Below are positions 12,349 through 25,595 of a stretch of 64,000 bases of DNA, one piece after another. This DNA comes from Octopus vulgaris. Taxonomy: Eukaryota. The notes under the pieces are model-generated. The model had not been told where the DNA came from, ran no database searches, and worked only from the letters and a program-made list of their open reading frames with translations. How positions within the stretch are numbered: the stretch's first letter is position 1; every line of letters starts with the position of its first letter. The translations under genes and the position numbers were made by a program. Location of the stretch: the NCBI GenBank assembly GCA_951406725.2, contig OX597824.1, positions 53,444,001 to 53,508,000 of the forward strand, given 5' to 3'.

Positions 12349-13933
12349 CTAGCATTATAACCCGTCGTTGCCGGGTCATAGTGCTAGTGCATGTATATAT
12401 GTGTATATATGTGTATATATTACATGTACATCTATATATATACATCTACACATAAAATACAAAATACAAAGTTATATCTTTATATCGCTAGTGATAACAA
12501 TACTCAAAATATATAACAGACTGGAATTGTAGGCCCGTCTCTTGCAATTTCGATCAATTGTATCTTGTCCTCTTTTTTGTATAGAAGTGTGACTACAATC
12601 CAGCCTACCTCTACTTCTGGGGGGACATTTTAAATTTTTATCCGGGATGTCCTACGTCCTAGATATAAAGGTAAAAATAAAATATTTCCACTTTGCAAGG
12701 TTCGAGTCGAGTACTCCTTTGCACGCTCCGTTGACTCGAACCTTGCTTCTATTGTGGCGAATTTACCGCCTCTGTTTAGATATCTTTCATAGTCGCACCA
12801 AGACACTTTTCGATGGTGCTTTCCTCCAGGTGTTCAAATCTTTTTTTCTCTACATTGTATACTTTATAGACAATAGTATTTTCTTTAATTTAATTTTTTA
12901 TTTCGTTTGGTGGTGTAATCCTAGATTCACCGTCTTTGTCGGTGATCAATCCGAAATAGGTTTGTATTTCTTCCATTTTAATTTTAATGAATTCGCGCCC
13001 GCCGACGGCTGCAGCGAAATTCATTTTTGGACTTTCTTCTATCGAAGGCATTCTAACAAAAATGCTTCCGTATAAACGGTGAAAATATTGTTAATTTCCC
13101 CAAACAGGGACACAATTCAATTTTTAAACAATAACCAAAGCTCCTTCTCCCAAAGGGGAAGGGTTACAGTTTACAATTATTTAACAAATGCAACGCAACA
13201 ATGTTTTCCTAACGAGGAACCAACAAACGTGATAACAATAGTTAAACAGTAATAATAATAACAAACCTTACGGTGAATCAAAAAGCAGTACGCAGTTGAC
13301 GCTATAGTCCTTTATGTATAAGAAATAAACCAACAGTAGTACTCAGTAGAAGCGTCTGTTCGAGAAAACAGTCATTACATACAGCCAAACTTCATATAGA
13401 TACTTAATGCTAGCTAATTAGCAGATAATCTAATGTGAAAGCCGTGGTAAACGGTATGTGCACAGCTCCATCTGGACTATTCCATTTCTGCACTTAAATT
13501 TTATCTTTTATTTATTCCCATTCATGTGAAACCACTTATTCAAGTTCAAGTCATTGATGCAATTTTATACCGATTGCTATTTTTACTTTTAATTGTTTAT
13601 GTTACGATTTAATTATTATATTATACTTTAGTTTGATTTTAATTATAAATTACTACATATAATTTAATTGTTATTATTATCTCTAATTTTTATTGTTAAA
13701 GTGAAAGTATCTGACATAAAATAGAGAAATGTTTTTGTTTCACTTTTAACACGTAATACTAGAGAAGATATGATATTGCTGTGGGCTCGCCCAAGGCAAA
13801 AAGTTAAAAATTATTGCCGATGACACTCCCCGGACCCTAAGTAAGGCATGTGTAAAATTTGAATGAAATTGATTGTGTAGTTCTCAAGTTTTAGGGAAAC
13901 ATACAGACAGACTCACACACACACACATTCTCA

Positions 13934-13938
<5 letters not shown>
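12349..13938 (-). mobile_element. Non-autonomous Helitron in (TA)n
   Basis: Minus-strand 3' end has a GC hairpin CCCGGCAACGACGGG, then TTATAATG-CTAG|T. The 5' end is (TA)nAAAACTGAGAATGTGTG..CTGTCTGT, typical of small Helitron/HINE-like elements; the terminal TC is not resolved inside (TA)n. Confidence 0.75.
12520..13030 (-). pseudogene. Degenerate L1/Tx1 ORF1 fragment inside the Helitron
   Basis: Manual translation NFAAAV..LITDKDG..TIVYKV..IEKCL..KFATIEARFESTERAKEYSTRTLQS..LPLYLGRRTSRIKI*NVPPEVEVGWIV is collinear with ORF1 at 1851-3812. Confidence 0.8.
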
Positions 13939-14029
<91 letters not shown>

Positions 14030-14167
14030 TAGATGAATGAATTATCCTAGTATGGATAATTCGGTTAATCGATACCTGGGTAGCAAATTCACGTCAGTAA
14101 AACACGGTTGAAGTTACATGCCAAGGGCCGAACCCCGTGTTCGTGTGTGGAAATTTGTGTGTTTTTT

Positions 14168-14263
14168 TATATGAATAAATGAAAAGAATGGAGTTGAACG
14201 AAGATTTTAACAAAATTCCTTTACTTTGTTAAAATCTTCGTTCAACTCCATTCTTTTCATTTA

Positions 14264-14271
<8 letters not shown>
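14168..14271. repeat. Perfect inverted repeat (~45-bp arms, 10-nt loop), probably a fold-back PLE tail
   Basis: ATGAATAAATGAAAAGAATGGAGTTGAACGAAGATTTTAACAAA followed by its exact reverse complement. Similar to the PLE tail at 17401-17446. Confidence 0.85.
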
Positions 14272-14311
<40 letters not shown>

Positions 14312-14340
14312 TATTTTTTATATACGCTTACTTATATATA

Positions 14341-14504
14341 GAAGTGGCTGTGCGGTAAGTAACTTCCTGACCAACCACATGTTTCAGGCTTCAGTCCCAC
14401 TGCGTGGAACCTTGGGCAAGTGTCTTCTACTATAGCCTCGGGCCGACCAAAGCCTTGTGAGTGGATTTGGTAGACGGAAACGGAAAGAAGCACGTCGTAT
14501 ATAC

Positions 14505-14563
<59 letters not shown>

Positions 14564-14798
14564 TGCGTGTGTGTGTGCGTGTATATATGTTTGTGTGTCT
14601 GTGTTTGTCCCCCCACCTAAACATAGCTTGACAACCGATGTTGATGTGTTTACGTCCTGTAACGTAGCGGTTCGGCAAAAGACTGATAGAATAAGTAATA
14701 GGCTTACAAAGAATAATTCCTGGGTCGATTTTCTCGAATAAAGGTGGTGCTCCAGCATGGTCGCAGTCAAATGAGTGAAACAAATAAAATAATAAAGG
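14341..14798 (+). mobile_element. tRNA-derived SINE, family A (internal microsatellite; possibly Meta-domain type)
   Basis: A/B-box-like head and core GCCGACCAAAGCCTTGTGAGTGGATTTGGTAGACGGAAA, shared with several other copies in the window. Confidence 0.88.
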
Positions 14799-15005
14799 AA
14801 TATATATATATAAACAAATATTTACATATACCTATATATACACGTCTATATAGAGAAATACATGCGAGTATATACATATAAATACGTGAATGCGCGCGTG
14901 CGCGTATTTGAGTGTATATATATATATATACACACATTTTATATGCTTATATGCATATATATCCTTATATCTAAAATTTATATATATACATGTCTCTCGT
15001 TCTCG

Positions 15006-15037
<32 letters not shown>

Positions 15038-15039
<2 letters not shown>

Positions 15040-15700
15040 CAAAGTGGAGTTGTAGGGTACCGCAGGAGTGGAATTATATACGAAAGAAGGCTTGAAAATG
15101 CAATTTTAAAGGATGTTTATTTACTTTACCGGTTTCACTCTTTGGAAAAAGATTGTCAAAAGTAACATGTAGAAGTTTGGTTGCGTTAATTATTGGTTGT
15201 TGCAGATTGCTACATTACATATATACAGTCTTTGGTAACAAGGATAAGTAAAGGACATAAAAAAGTTTAACAAGTTCCTTAAAATATTGAGCACAAAAGA
15301 TTACATAAATAATCATTCTCAAGAACATGTTTAAGATAGTTTCCAGAATGAATTATTAAAAAGTTCAGTGGGATATTGGTATTGGTATTGTATCTGTATA
15401 TTCAAACACGCACAGAATATTGGTTGACACAGAGTACTATAATACATATATATACATTCTTTGGTGACAAGAGCATGTTGAGAACATAAAAAAGTTTAAC
15501 AAGTTCATTGAAATATTGGGCACAAAAGATTACAACAAATATATTATACATTCTCAAGATAATTTCCAGAAGGAATTATTAAAAAGTTCAGTGGAATATT
15601 GGTATACACGCACAGAATATTATGAGTTCAAAAAGGTTTACATTATAATAGTAGGGAAGCTAGAACTGACCTGTCCACCATGTTAACATAAAATAATATT
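15038..15700 (-). mobile_element. PLE 3' UTR/pLTR remnant with a decayed hammerhead and an internal ~228-bp tandem duplication
   Basis: Minus strand 15121-15165 reads TTACTT-TTGACAA-stem-GAAA-CCGG-TA-AAGTAA. Blocks at about 15221-15430 and 15450-15622 are duplicates. Ends in (TA)n. Confidence 0.6.
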
Positions 15701-15799
15701 ATCTATTTCAAGGGACACTGTAAGTGTGTTTGGGTGGAGGAGAGGAGGAGTAATGTGGAACTGAAAAGAATTTATCCTTTTTGTCTCTCCTTCAAGCAT

Positions 15800-17616
<1,817 letters not shown>

Positions 17617-17628
17617 TATGGGGATGTA

Positions 17629-18879
17629 CACAGACATGCAAAAAGTAAATAGACAACTCTAATTTTCAAAATTTCTGATCTACGCGTCTTAATGTTTTCA
17701 GCAGTGGAGAATTTACAATGTAATTATTCTTTTTCATTCCAGGTGCCATCATATTAAACATTTGTGAAGAGTAACCATTCCACGTACAAAAATTTCAGCA
17801 GAACTGTCAGATTTTCAAAGAGGTCATATTGTTGGCCAATCTGAGGCTGGTTTTAGCCAGCAAAAAATTGCCGAAAATCTTCAAATTCCTCTTGCTACTG
17901 TTAATAGAATTATAGTGCAATTCAAAAGCCAAAGAAAAGAATCAACAGTTTCTCGTCCCGGCCAATCTGGGCCCTCGGAAAGGAAGCTTCACTGTTTGAA
18001 GAGAATTGTGGGAAATGAACCCCGTTCGAAGGCTTCTTGCATTGCAAAACAGCTAGAAGTTAGTCCAAGAACGTGTGTTGCATATCTACATAAGCTTGGG
18101 TATTAAGGACGAGCAGCTAGACGAAAACCTCTCTTTCAACCAATTAATATCATGAAAAGAAAGAAATGGGCTAAGGAGATGTCAGAAAATCCAGTTCATT
18201 TTGGGATAGAGTGATTTTCTCAGATTAATCCAGATTTGTATTATTTTCAGACAGTGGACGTGTTTGGGTTTGGAGGCTTCCCAATCAAGAATTTGATTTG
18301 AAACAACCCCAACCAACTGTGAAACATGGCAGTATCTTTGTAATGGTATGGGAAGCTTTCACCAGCAATGGTCGTTCTGAGCTGATCGAATATGTTCGAA
18401 CCATAAACTCTGAAAAACATCGAAATACTTAAGCAAGGACTTCTTCCGATGTATTCACACGATAACACAACGAAAAATGAGTTTTTATTCATGGAAGATG
18501 GGTATCCATGCCACACAGCGAAAAGGAACCAACAATGGCTGACTGAAAATGGGATCAAAAAGCTTCCTGACATGAACCGAATTGAAAATCTTTGGAGCAT
18601 ACTAGATAGAGCTATACGAAAAACTCGACAGAAACCTAAAACTAAAGATGAATTGTTTCGATTGTTGCATGAAAAGTGGGCAGACATTCCACAAGAGACA
18701 ATCACAAAGCTCATCAGTTGAATGCTAAAAAGAGTTTCTGAATTAAAAACTGCAAATGGAATGTCAACTAAATACTGTATGTAGTCCTACCTATCGATTA
18801 CATTTCAATTGTTCGCTTTGCGTATTAAATAAAAGATTTTGAAAATTAAAGGTGTTTATTTACCTCCTCCATGTCTGTG
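17629..18879 (+). mobile_element. Tc1/mariner DNA transposon with disrupted transposase
   Basis: Imperfect ~45-bp TIRs starting CACAGACATG; left TA flank. Motifs [44 protein letters not shown]. Confidence 0.93.
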
Positions 18880-19005
18880 AATGACTATGTGAATGTGTGT
18901 GTATGTGTGTGTGTGTAATCTATACTTATAAATTTATGCACATAGCTCGTATATGTGTACATGTATGTGCGTGTGTATGTGTGTGGGGTGTGCGAATACA
19001 TATGC

Positions 19006-19055
<50 letters not shown>

Positions 19056-19559
19056 ATGTATGTATGTATGTATGTATATACTTGTCTGTAAATGATAAAA
19101 TATATTACACAAAGTATTGGAATTTGCAGTAGACAGTCAATTACGTAACAAATATCTTATTGTGCTAATGAAAACATGTCCTGGTCAAGCATTCTTCGTT
19201 CTTAATCAAAAAAGACGATACTTAGAATGGTTGAGAACTGCATGACAAAAGAGATTGAAACTCCGGTTAGTTGTTTTGTACAGTTAATAGAATTCTAGTC
19301 AATAGTACCGTTGATTGTTGTATAATAAGGCGTCTTAAATATTTATGACCAAAATGTTTCTACGGTGTACACGGGCAATGTGACGTCTCCCTTAGAGGAG
19401 ATACATTCAAAGACCATCACAGTTTGAAGGAACTTGGCTTTCATGATATTCTTGTCACATCTTACAGCCTTTACGATATTCACAGAGCATTGAGTAGCAG
19501 TCATGATGTTGGCATTTTGCTACCTGGCATGAAAGCCCATCGTGTGTGTATGAGTGTGT

Positions 19560-19750
19560 GCGCGCGCGTATGTTCTCTGCTAACGCTTGATAATGTGCTT
19601 ATGACCCCGTTCAGCAAAAGAGGCCGATAGAATAAGTACCAGGCTTTAAAATAAGTTCTGGGGTCGATTTATTTGACTAAAATTCTTCGTGGCAGTACCC
19701 CGATATGACTACAGTCTAATGAGTGAAGCAAGTGAAAAAGAAAAGAATAA
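19560..19750 (+). mobile_element. SINE family A, 3' fragment
   Basis: GATAGAATAAGTACCAGGCTT..CTGGGGTCGATT..GAGTGAAGCAAGT matches the 3' half of the other copies. Confidence 0.7.
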
Positions 19751-20238
19751 ATACCCACAGAAAAAAAATTTCCTTTCAATATTATTCACTCGCACATCTT
19801 CACTTCTTCTCCTTCCCCACTATCTCACTTTATATATACTTCTCTCCTTTCTCACCCTTTTTCTTTCTCTTACTCCCTCTCTTTCTCCTTCTGTTCCCCT
19901 TCTTTATCCTTCTGTATATTCATATCTATCGTCTTAAATTAGTAGCCGACTTACTACTCTAACAATATATATTGAAATATTTCCATCAATCCCTTCATAT
20001 TTTGTGATGTTTTAACTGAGGAAGGTTTACGTAACTCATGTGTTTCCTATTATATATTACGCAGACCTGTACGTATTAAATGATTCCAAAATATCACAGT
20101 TTGATTTGTCTTCATATTATGACTTATACGATTCGATGCCAGTGCAAACTAGGGGTCCAGACACCTCTTATATAGATATTGACAATGAAACACGAAACAT
20201 AAACATTCATACAAACATACATATATTACATATATGTA

Positions 20239-20301
20239 TCCCATGTGGTCTAGTGGTTGGGATTCCTGGTTTCCACCCGGGTCCGATTCCTGGCATAGGA
20301 G
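20239..20301 (+). pseudogene. tRNA-Glu-derived pseudogene with internal deletion
   Basis: TCCCATGTGGTCTAGTGGTTGGGATTCCTGGTTTCCACCC..TCCGATTCCTGGCATAGGA resembles metazoan tRNA-Glu. The variable arm is lost and the anticodon region is mutated. Confidence 0.7.
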
Positions 20302-20322
20302 CAGCATTATTATTTATAGGTG

Positions 20323-20632
20323 CAGGTGCGGCTGAGTGGTAAGAAACTATATGGTTTCAGAGTTCAGTCCCACTGCGTGGCACCTTGCCCAAGTGTCTTC
20401 TACTATTGCCTCGTGCCAACTAAAGCCTTGTGAGTGGATTTGGTAGACAGAAACTGAAAAAAGCCTGTCGTATACACACACACACACACACACACATACA
20501 CACACACACACACACAATAACTCAGCGGTACGGCTTTTAAGAAATAAGTACTAGAGTCGATACATTCGACAAAAAATTCTTCAAGACGGTGCCCCAGCAT
20601 GGCCGCGTGTCATTAGACCAAAGCAAGTAAAA
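20323..20632 (+). mobile_element. SINE family A
   Basis: Same head, core and tail as 14341-14798, with internal (CA)n. Confidence 0.85.
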
Positions 20633-20664
20633 AATATATTGATACAAATAAGATGAAAATTCCT

Positions 20665-21142
20665 TTTCGATCTCAGAAATATCGTTAGAACAGCATAAAC
20701 ATTGGGTAAATTACCCTTACCTAGCGGAAAAATTTGTCAGCAACCAGCTATAGGACTCGAACCCATATCTTTTGATATGGCTTAGGCTAAATACTTTACC
20801 ATTAAACTAAACTACCCGCTTGCAATTCAATCTCCTTTTGAGACGCTTTCAAAGCTAAATATGCAGCCACGTGTATATCAATATAAACAACCTAACATTT
20901 GCATTTTTTATAAGCCCCGAAATGTGCATATAGATGCAATTTATTTTCGAAAGCAGAGAAGCGTTCATAAAGCGGATTGATTTGTCAGCGGGCAGTTTAG
21001 CTTAATGGTTAAGCACTTAGCCGGAGTCAAATCAAGAGATAGTGGTTCGAGTCTCATGGTTGTTTGTTAACCAATTTTACCGCTTTGTAAGGGTAATTTA
21101 CCCAATGTTTCTGTTGTTTTAACGGCGTCTCTGCGTTCGAAA
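20665..21142. mobile_element. Fold-back/MITE-like element with ~190-bp degenerate inverted arms that contain tRNA-like sequence
   Basis: AAACATTGGGTAAATTACCCTTAC pairs with GTAAGGGTAATTTACCCAATGTTT. The right arm has TAGCTTAATGG (A box) and GGTTCGAGTC (B box); the left arm has their complements. Confidence 0.75.
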
Positions 21143-21309
21143 ACATTCCGGCGCTTATAAAAAAAACATATGTTAGTTTGTAGGTATTCATATATATATA
21201 TATATATATATATAGTTAATCCAAACAAGAAAACAGAAAAAAACACAGCAACGCGAGGACGTGGAACAATTAAAGTATTATTTGACGCTCAGGAAAGAAG
21301 GGAAGGAGG

Positions 21310-21344
21310 GTTTAACGTTTCGAGCGGAGCTCTTCGTCGGAAAC
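21310..21344 (-). ncRNA. Minimal type I hammerhead motif (U4C core)
   Basis: GTTT-CCGACGA-A-GAGC TCC GCTC-GAAA-CG-TT-AAAC, with palindromic stem III AACGTT as in PLE minimal hammerheads. Confidence 0.75.
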
Positions 21345-21779
21345 AAGGAGAAGGGAAGACAGAGGAAAAAAATATTTTTGCTGGTGGTGCTCAAGAGATC
21401 ACATGTTGAAAGAACAGAAGTTGAGAGGTAGACGAATCATGATTTTTAAAAACAAGAGAGTTTCAAAGACAAGGAGTGTGTGTGGGTGCGTGTGTGTATG
21501 TGTGTGCAATGATGACAAGTGTGTTTGTGCGTGCGTGCGTGTGTGTCTGTGTGTGTATGTATGGTGAATAATAGGCATGGCAAGCTAGCTGTCATAAAGG
21601 AGTGGCACTTGTTTGTATCCAGCCAGGTCAAAACCAGGTCAAAAAACAAAGGGGTATATGTGTGTGCGTGTAAGTATATGTATCATGTGTGTGTGTTCTT
21701 TGTAGTGTGTGTGTGTGTGCATGTGTGTGTTCGTGTGTGTATGCGTAGAGTTTGGGTGTGTGGCGAGTAACTGTGCTTA

Positions 21780-22721
21780 ACATAGTGTATGTGTGCGTGT
21801 GTGCTTTTACGTGCGTGTGTGTGTGTAGGGATGTATGTGTGGGTTCATTTGTGTGAGTGTGTATGTATGTACGTGTATGTGTGTGCGTGTATGTGTGCGT
21901 TTGTATGTGTTTATGTGTATGTGTGCGTGCGCGGATAGGTGTATATTGTGTATGTATATATGTCGGTGTGTATGTGAGTTTGTGTGTTTTTGTACGTGTG
22001 TATGTGTGTGTGCGTGTATAGTATATATATGTAAATGTGTGTGTGTGCGTGTGTGTGTACGTGCGTGCGAGTGAATGTATGTATATATGTGTGCGTGTGT
22101 GTACAATGTAGAGGCTTATATGTGTGTTTATATGTTTATATGTGTGTATGTATGTATGTATGTATGTATGTGTGTATGTGTGTAAGTGTGTGTGTGTATG
22201 TATGTGAGTGTGTATGTATGTGTATGTATGTATGTGTGCATGCGTGTATGTGTGTCTGTCTGTATGTATGTATATGTATGTGTATGTATGTATCTATGTA
22301 TGTATGTGTGTGTGTATGTGTGTGTGTGTATGTTTGTATGTGTGTATGTGTGTATGTGTATGTGTGTATATGTATGCGTGTGTGTATGTATGTATGTGTG
22401 TATGTGTGTGTATGTGTGTATGTATGTATGTATGTATGTATGTGTGTGTATGTATGTATGTGTGTATGTGTGTGTATGTGTGTATATGTGTGTGTATGTA
22501 TGTGTGTGTATGTATGTGTGTGTGTATGTATGTATGTGTGCCTGCGTGTATGTGTGCATGTGTATGTATGTATGTATATGTATGTGCGGGTGTGTGTATG
22601 TATGTATCTATGTATGTATGTATGTATGTGTGTATGTATGTGTGTGTGTATGTATGTGTGTATGTGTGTATGTCTGTGTATGTGTATGTATGTATGCGTG
22701 TGTGTATGTATGTATGTATGT

Positions 22722-22777
<56 letters not shown>

Positions 22778-24620
22778 GTGTGTGTATGTATATGTGTGTA
22801 TGTATGTATGTACGTATGTATGTATGTATGTGTGTGTGTATGTGTGTAAGTGTGTGTGTGTATGTATGTATGTATGTATGTATGTATGTATGTGTGTATG
22901 TATGTATTTATGCATGCGTGTATGTGTGTATGTGCGTGTGTGTACGTATGTATGTATATGTATGTATGTGTATGTATGTATCTATGTATGTAGTGTATGT
23001 ATGTGTGTGTGTATGTATGTATGTAGTGTATGTATGTGTGTGTGTATGCATGTATGTATGTGTGCATGCGTGTATGTGTGTATGTGTGTATATGTGTGTG
23101 TATGTCCGTATGTATGTATGTACGTGTGTGTGTATGTATGTGTGTGTATGTATTTATGTGTGCGTGCGTGTGTGTGTATGTGTGTGTGTATGTATGTATA
23201 TGTATGTCTATGTATGTATGTATCTATGTATGTGTGTATATATGTATGTATGTGTGTGTATGTATGTATGTGTGTATGTGTGTGTGTATGTGTATGTATG
23301 TATGTATATGTATGCGTGTGTGTATGTATGCGTGTGTATGTGTGTAAGTATGTGTGTAAGTGTGTGTGTGTATGTGTATGTGTATTTATGTATATATATG
23401 TGTATGTATGTGTATGTATGTGTGTGTGTGTATGTGTGTATGTATGTGTGTATGTGTGTGTATGTGTGTGTATGTATGTGTATGTATGTATGTGTGCATG
23501 CGTGTATGTGTGCATGTGTGTGTCTGTATGTATGTATGTATATGTATGTGTGTGTATGTATATATGTGTCTGTGTATGTATGTGTGTATGTATGCGTGTG
23601 TGTATGTATGTATGTGTGTATGTGTGTATGTGTGTGTGTATGTATGTATATGTATGCGTGTGTGTATGTTAGTATGTGTGTATGTATGTATCTATGTGTG
23701 TGTATGTGTGTGTATGTATGTGTGTGTATGTATGTGTGTATATGTGTGCGTATGTATGTGTGTGTATGTATGTATGTATGTATGTAAGTGTGTGTGTGTA
23801 TGTATGTGCGTATGTATGTGTGTATGTGTGTATGTATGTGTATATATGTATGTATGTGTGCATGCGTGTATGTGTGTATGTGCGTGTGTGTACGTATGTA
23901 TGTATATGTATGTGTGTGTATGTATGTATATGTATGTGTGTATGTATGTATGTATCTATGCATGTGTGTATATGTGTTTGTGTATGTATGTATGTATGTG
24001 TGTATGCGTGTATGTGTGTATGTGTGTGTGTATGTATGTATGTATATGTATGTGTGTGTATGTGTGTATGTGTGTATGTGTGTATGTGTGTGTATGTATG
24101 TATGTATGTATGTGTATGTGTGTGTATGTATGTGTGTGTGAATGTATGTATGTGTGCATATGTGTATGTGTGTGTATGTATGTGTGTATGTATGTATGTG
24201 TGTGTATGTATGTATGTGTTTTGTGTATGTATGTATGCGTGTGTGTGTATGTATGTATGTATGAATTTATCTATGTATGTATTATGTGTGTGTACGTATG
24301 TATGTGTGTGTGTGAATGTATGCGTGTGGGGGGTTTGGAGTTGTGTGGGCGTAAGGTACATGCGCGTGCTTGTGTGCGTGTGTGCGCTTACGTGCGTGTA
24401 TCTGTGCGTCTCAGTTAGGTGTTTATAGGAGTGTGCGTATCTGTATGAGTATTGTCCCTGGTGTGTGTGCACGGGCATGTGTGTGTGCGTGCGCGTGGGG
24501 GGGGGTGTATAGGTGTGGAAGTATGTGTGCGTACATGTGCATGTACGTTGTGTGTGTGTGGTGTGTTGGGACTAGGTGTGTTCGTGGGTACGTGAGTATG
24601 TGTGTGTGTGTGTGTGTGTG
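21780..24620. repeat. Large degenerate (TG)n/(TATG)n simple-sequence tract
   Basis: Seen directly in the sequence. Confidence 0.95.
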
Positions 24621-25431
24621 ACTGCATAAGGACAATTATAAAAAATAAAAAATAAAAAATATAAGATAAAAAATAAAAAATAAATAATAAATAGTAAATA
24701 ATAAATAAAAAATAAAAGATGCTAGTGGGGAGAAGTGGAGCGCAGTCACTAAGAGGAGGGGGCTGTGTTGAGTCCGTGTGGGGTTAGAGTCTGTAGAAGG
24801 AATATGAGCCGTTGCTCCAAGTGAAGCCTAGATTGTGGAGAGCCGTTGTGTGGGGCAAGACCAAACACCGAGATGTCATCGGGGGAATGGCTGGCCGAGC
24901 GGAAGTGACGTGCGACGGTAGAATTGGACCGTAGACGAACATCCCTCAGATGTTCGGCGAATCGGTCTGACAACCGTCTGTCCTATATACAGCATTCCGC
25001 AGAGGTTGCATTTAATGCAGTATATGAGTCCAGACGAGGTGCACGTAAAAGAATGTCTGATACGTACAGTTCGCTGGTTGGAATCGGTGACAGCAGTGGT
25101 GTTGGTGATGAAAGGGCAGGTGTTGCAGCGGGATCTGGAGCACGGGAAGGATCCGAGTGGGGCCGAGGGGGAAGAAGGGAGGGTGCTACGGACCAGGAGG
25201 TCGCGTAGATTCCGGGCTCGTTTGAAGGACAGGGGTGGGTTGGGGAAAATGGGGTGGGTCGTGGAATAGAGCTGGAGACGAGGGAAGGCTCGAAGTATCT
25301 TCCGACGAAGGGGTAGAGTAGAGGGGTGGAAAAGGAGGGGAAAGGGGGTGCGGTTGGGGGGGTGAGTGGAAGGAGAAAGGGCGGTGGTGCGTTCGATATA
25401 TATATATATATATATACGCGCGCGCGCACAC

Positions 25432-25595
25432 AACGGACTTCTTTCAGTTTCCATCTACCAAATCTACTTATAAGGCTTTGGTCGGTCTGGAACTACAGTA
25501 TAGCAGACGTTTGCTCAAGATGCCACGTGTGGAACTAAACCCAGAACCATGTAGTTGAGAAACAAACTTCTGAACTCAGAGCCACGTCTACGTCT
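25432..25595 (-). mobile_element. SINE family A, 5' half
   Basis: Reverse complement of the head and core (CTTTCAGTTTCCATCTACCAAATC..GGCTTTGGTCGG). Confidence 0.8.

Larger units (their letters stand above)
21215..25396 (-). mobile_element. 5'-truncated Penelope/Poseidon-like element: GIY-YIG domain, ~3-kb microsatellite-like 3' region, hammerhead-bearing pLTR
   Basis: FTCTSSGLIYCIKCNLCGMLYIGQT / SDRFAEHLR..LEQRLIFLLQTLTPHGLN at 24749-25396; hammerhead at 21310-21344; (TA)n at both ends. Confidence 0.8.

Noticed and set aside
12647-13075. 142-aa plus-strand ORF in the Helitron
   Set aside because: Antisense to the decayed ORF1 fragment; no Rep or helicase motifs.
20239-20301. Functional tRNA gene (also 33680-33748)
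   Set aside because: Deletions and mismatches break the cloverleaf.
21807-24635. Long ORFs of VCMY/HTYI repeats (also 44306-46856 and others)
   Set aside because: Translations of microsatellites that lack stop codons; no coding signal.
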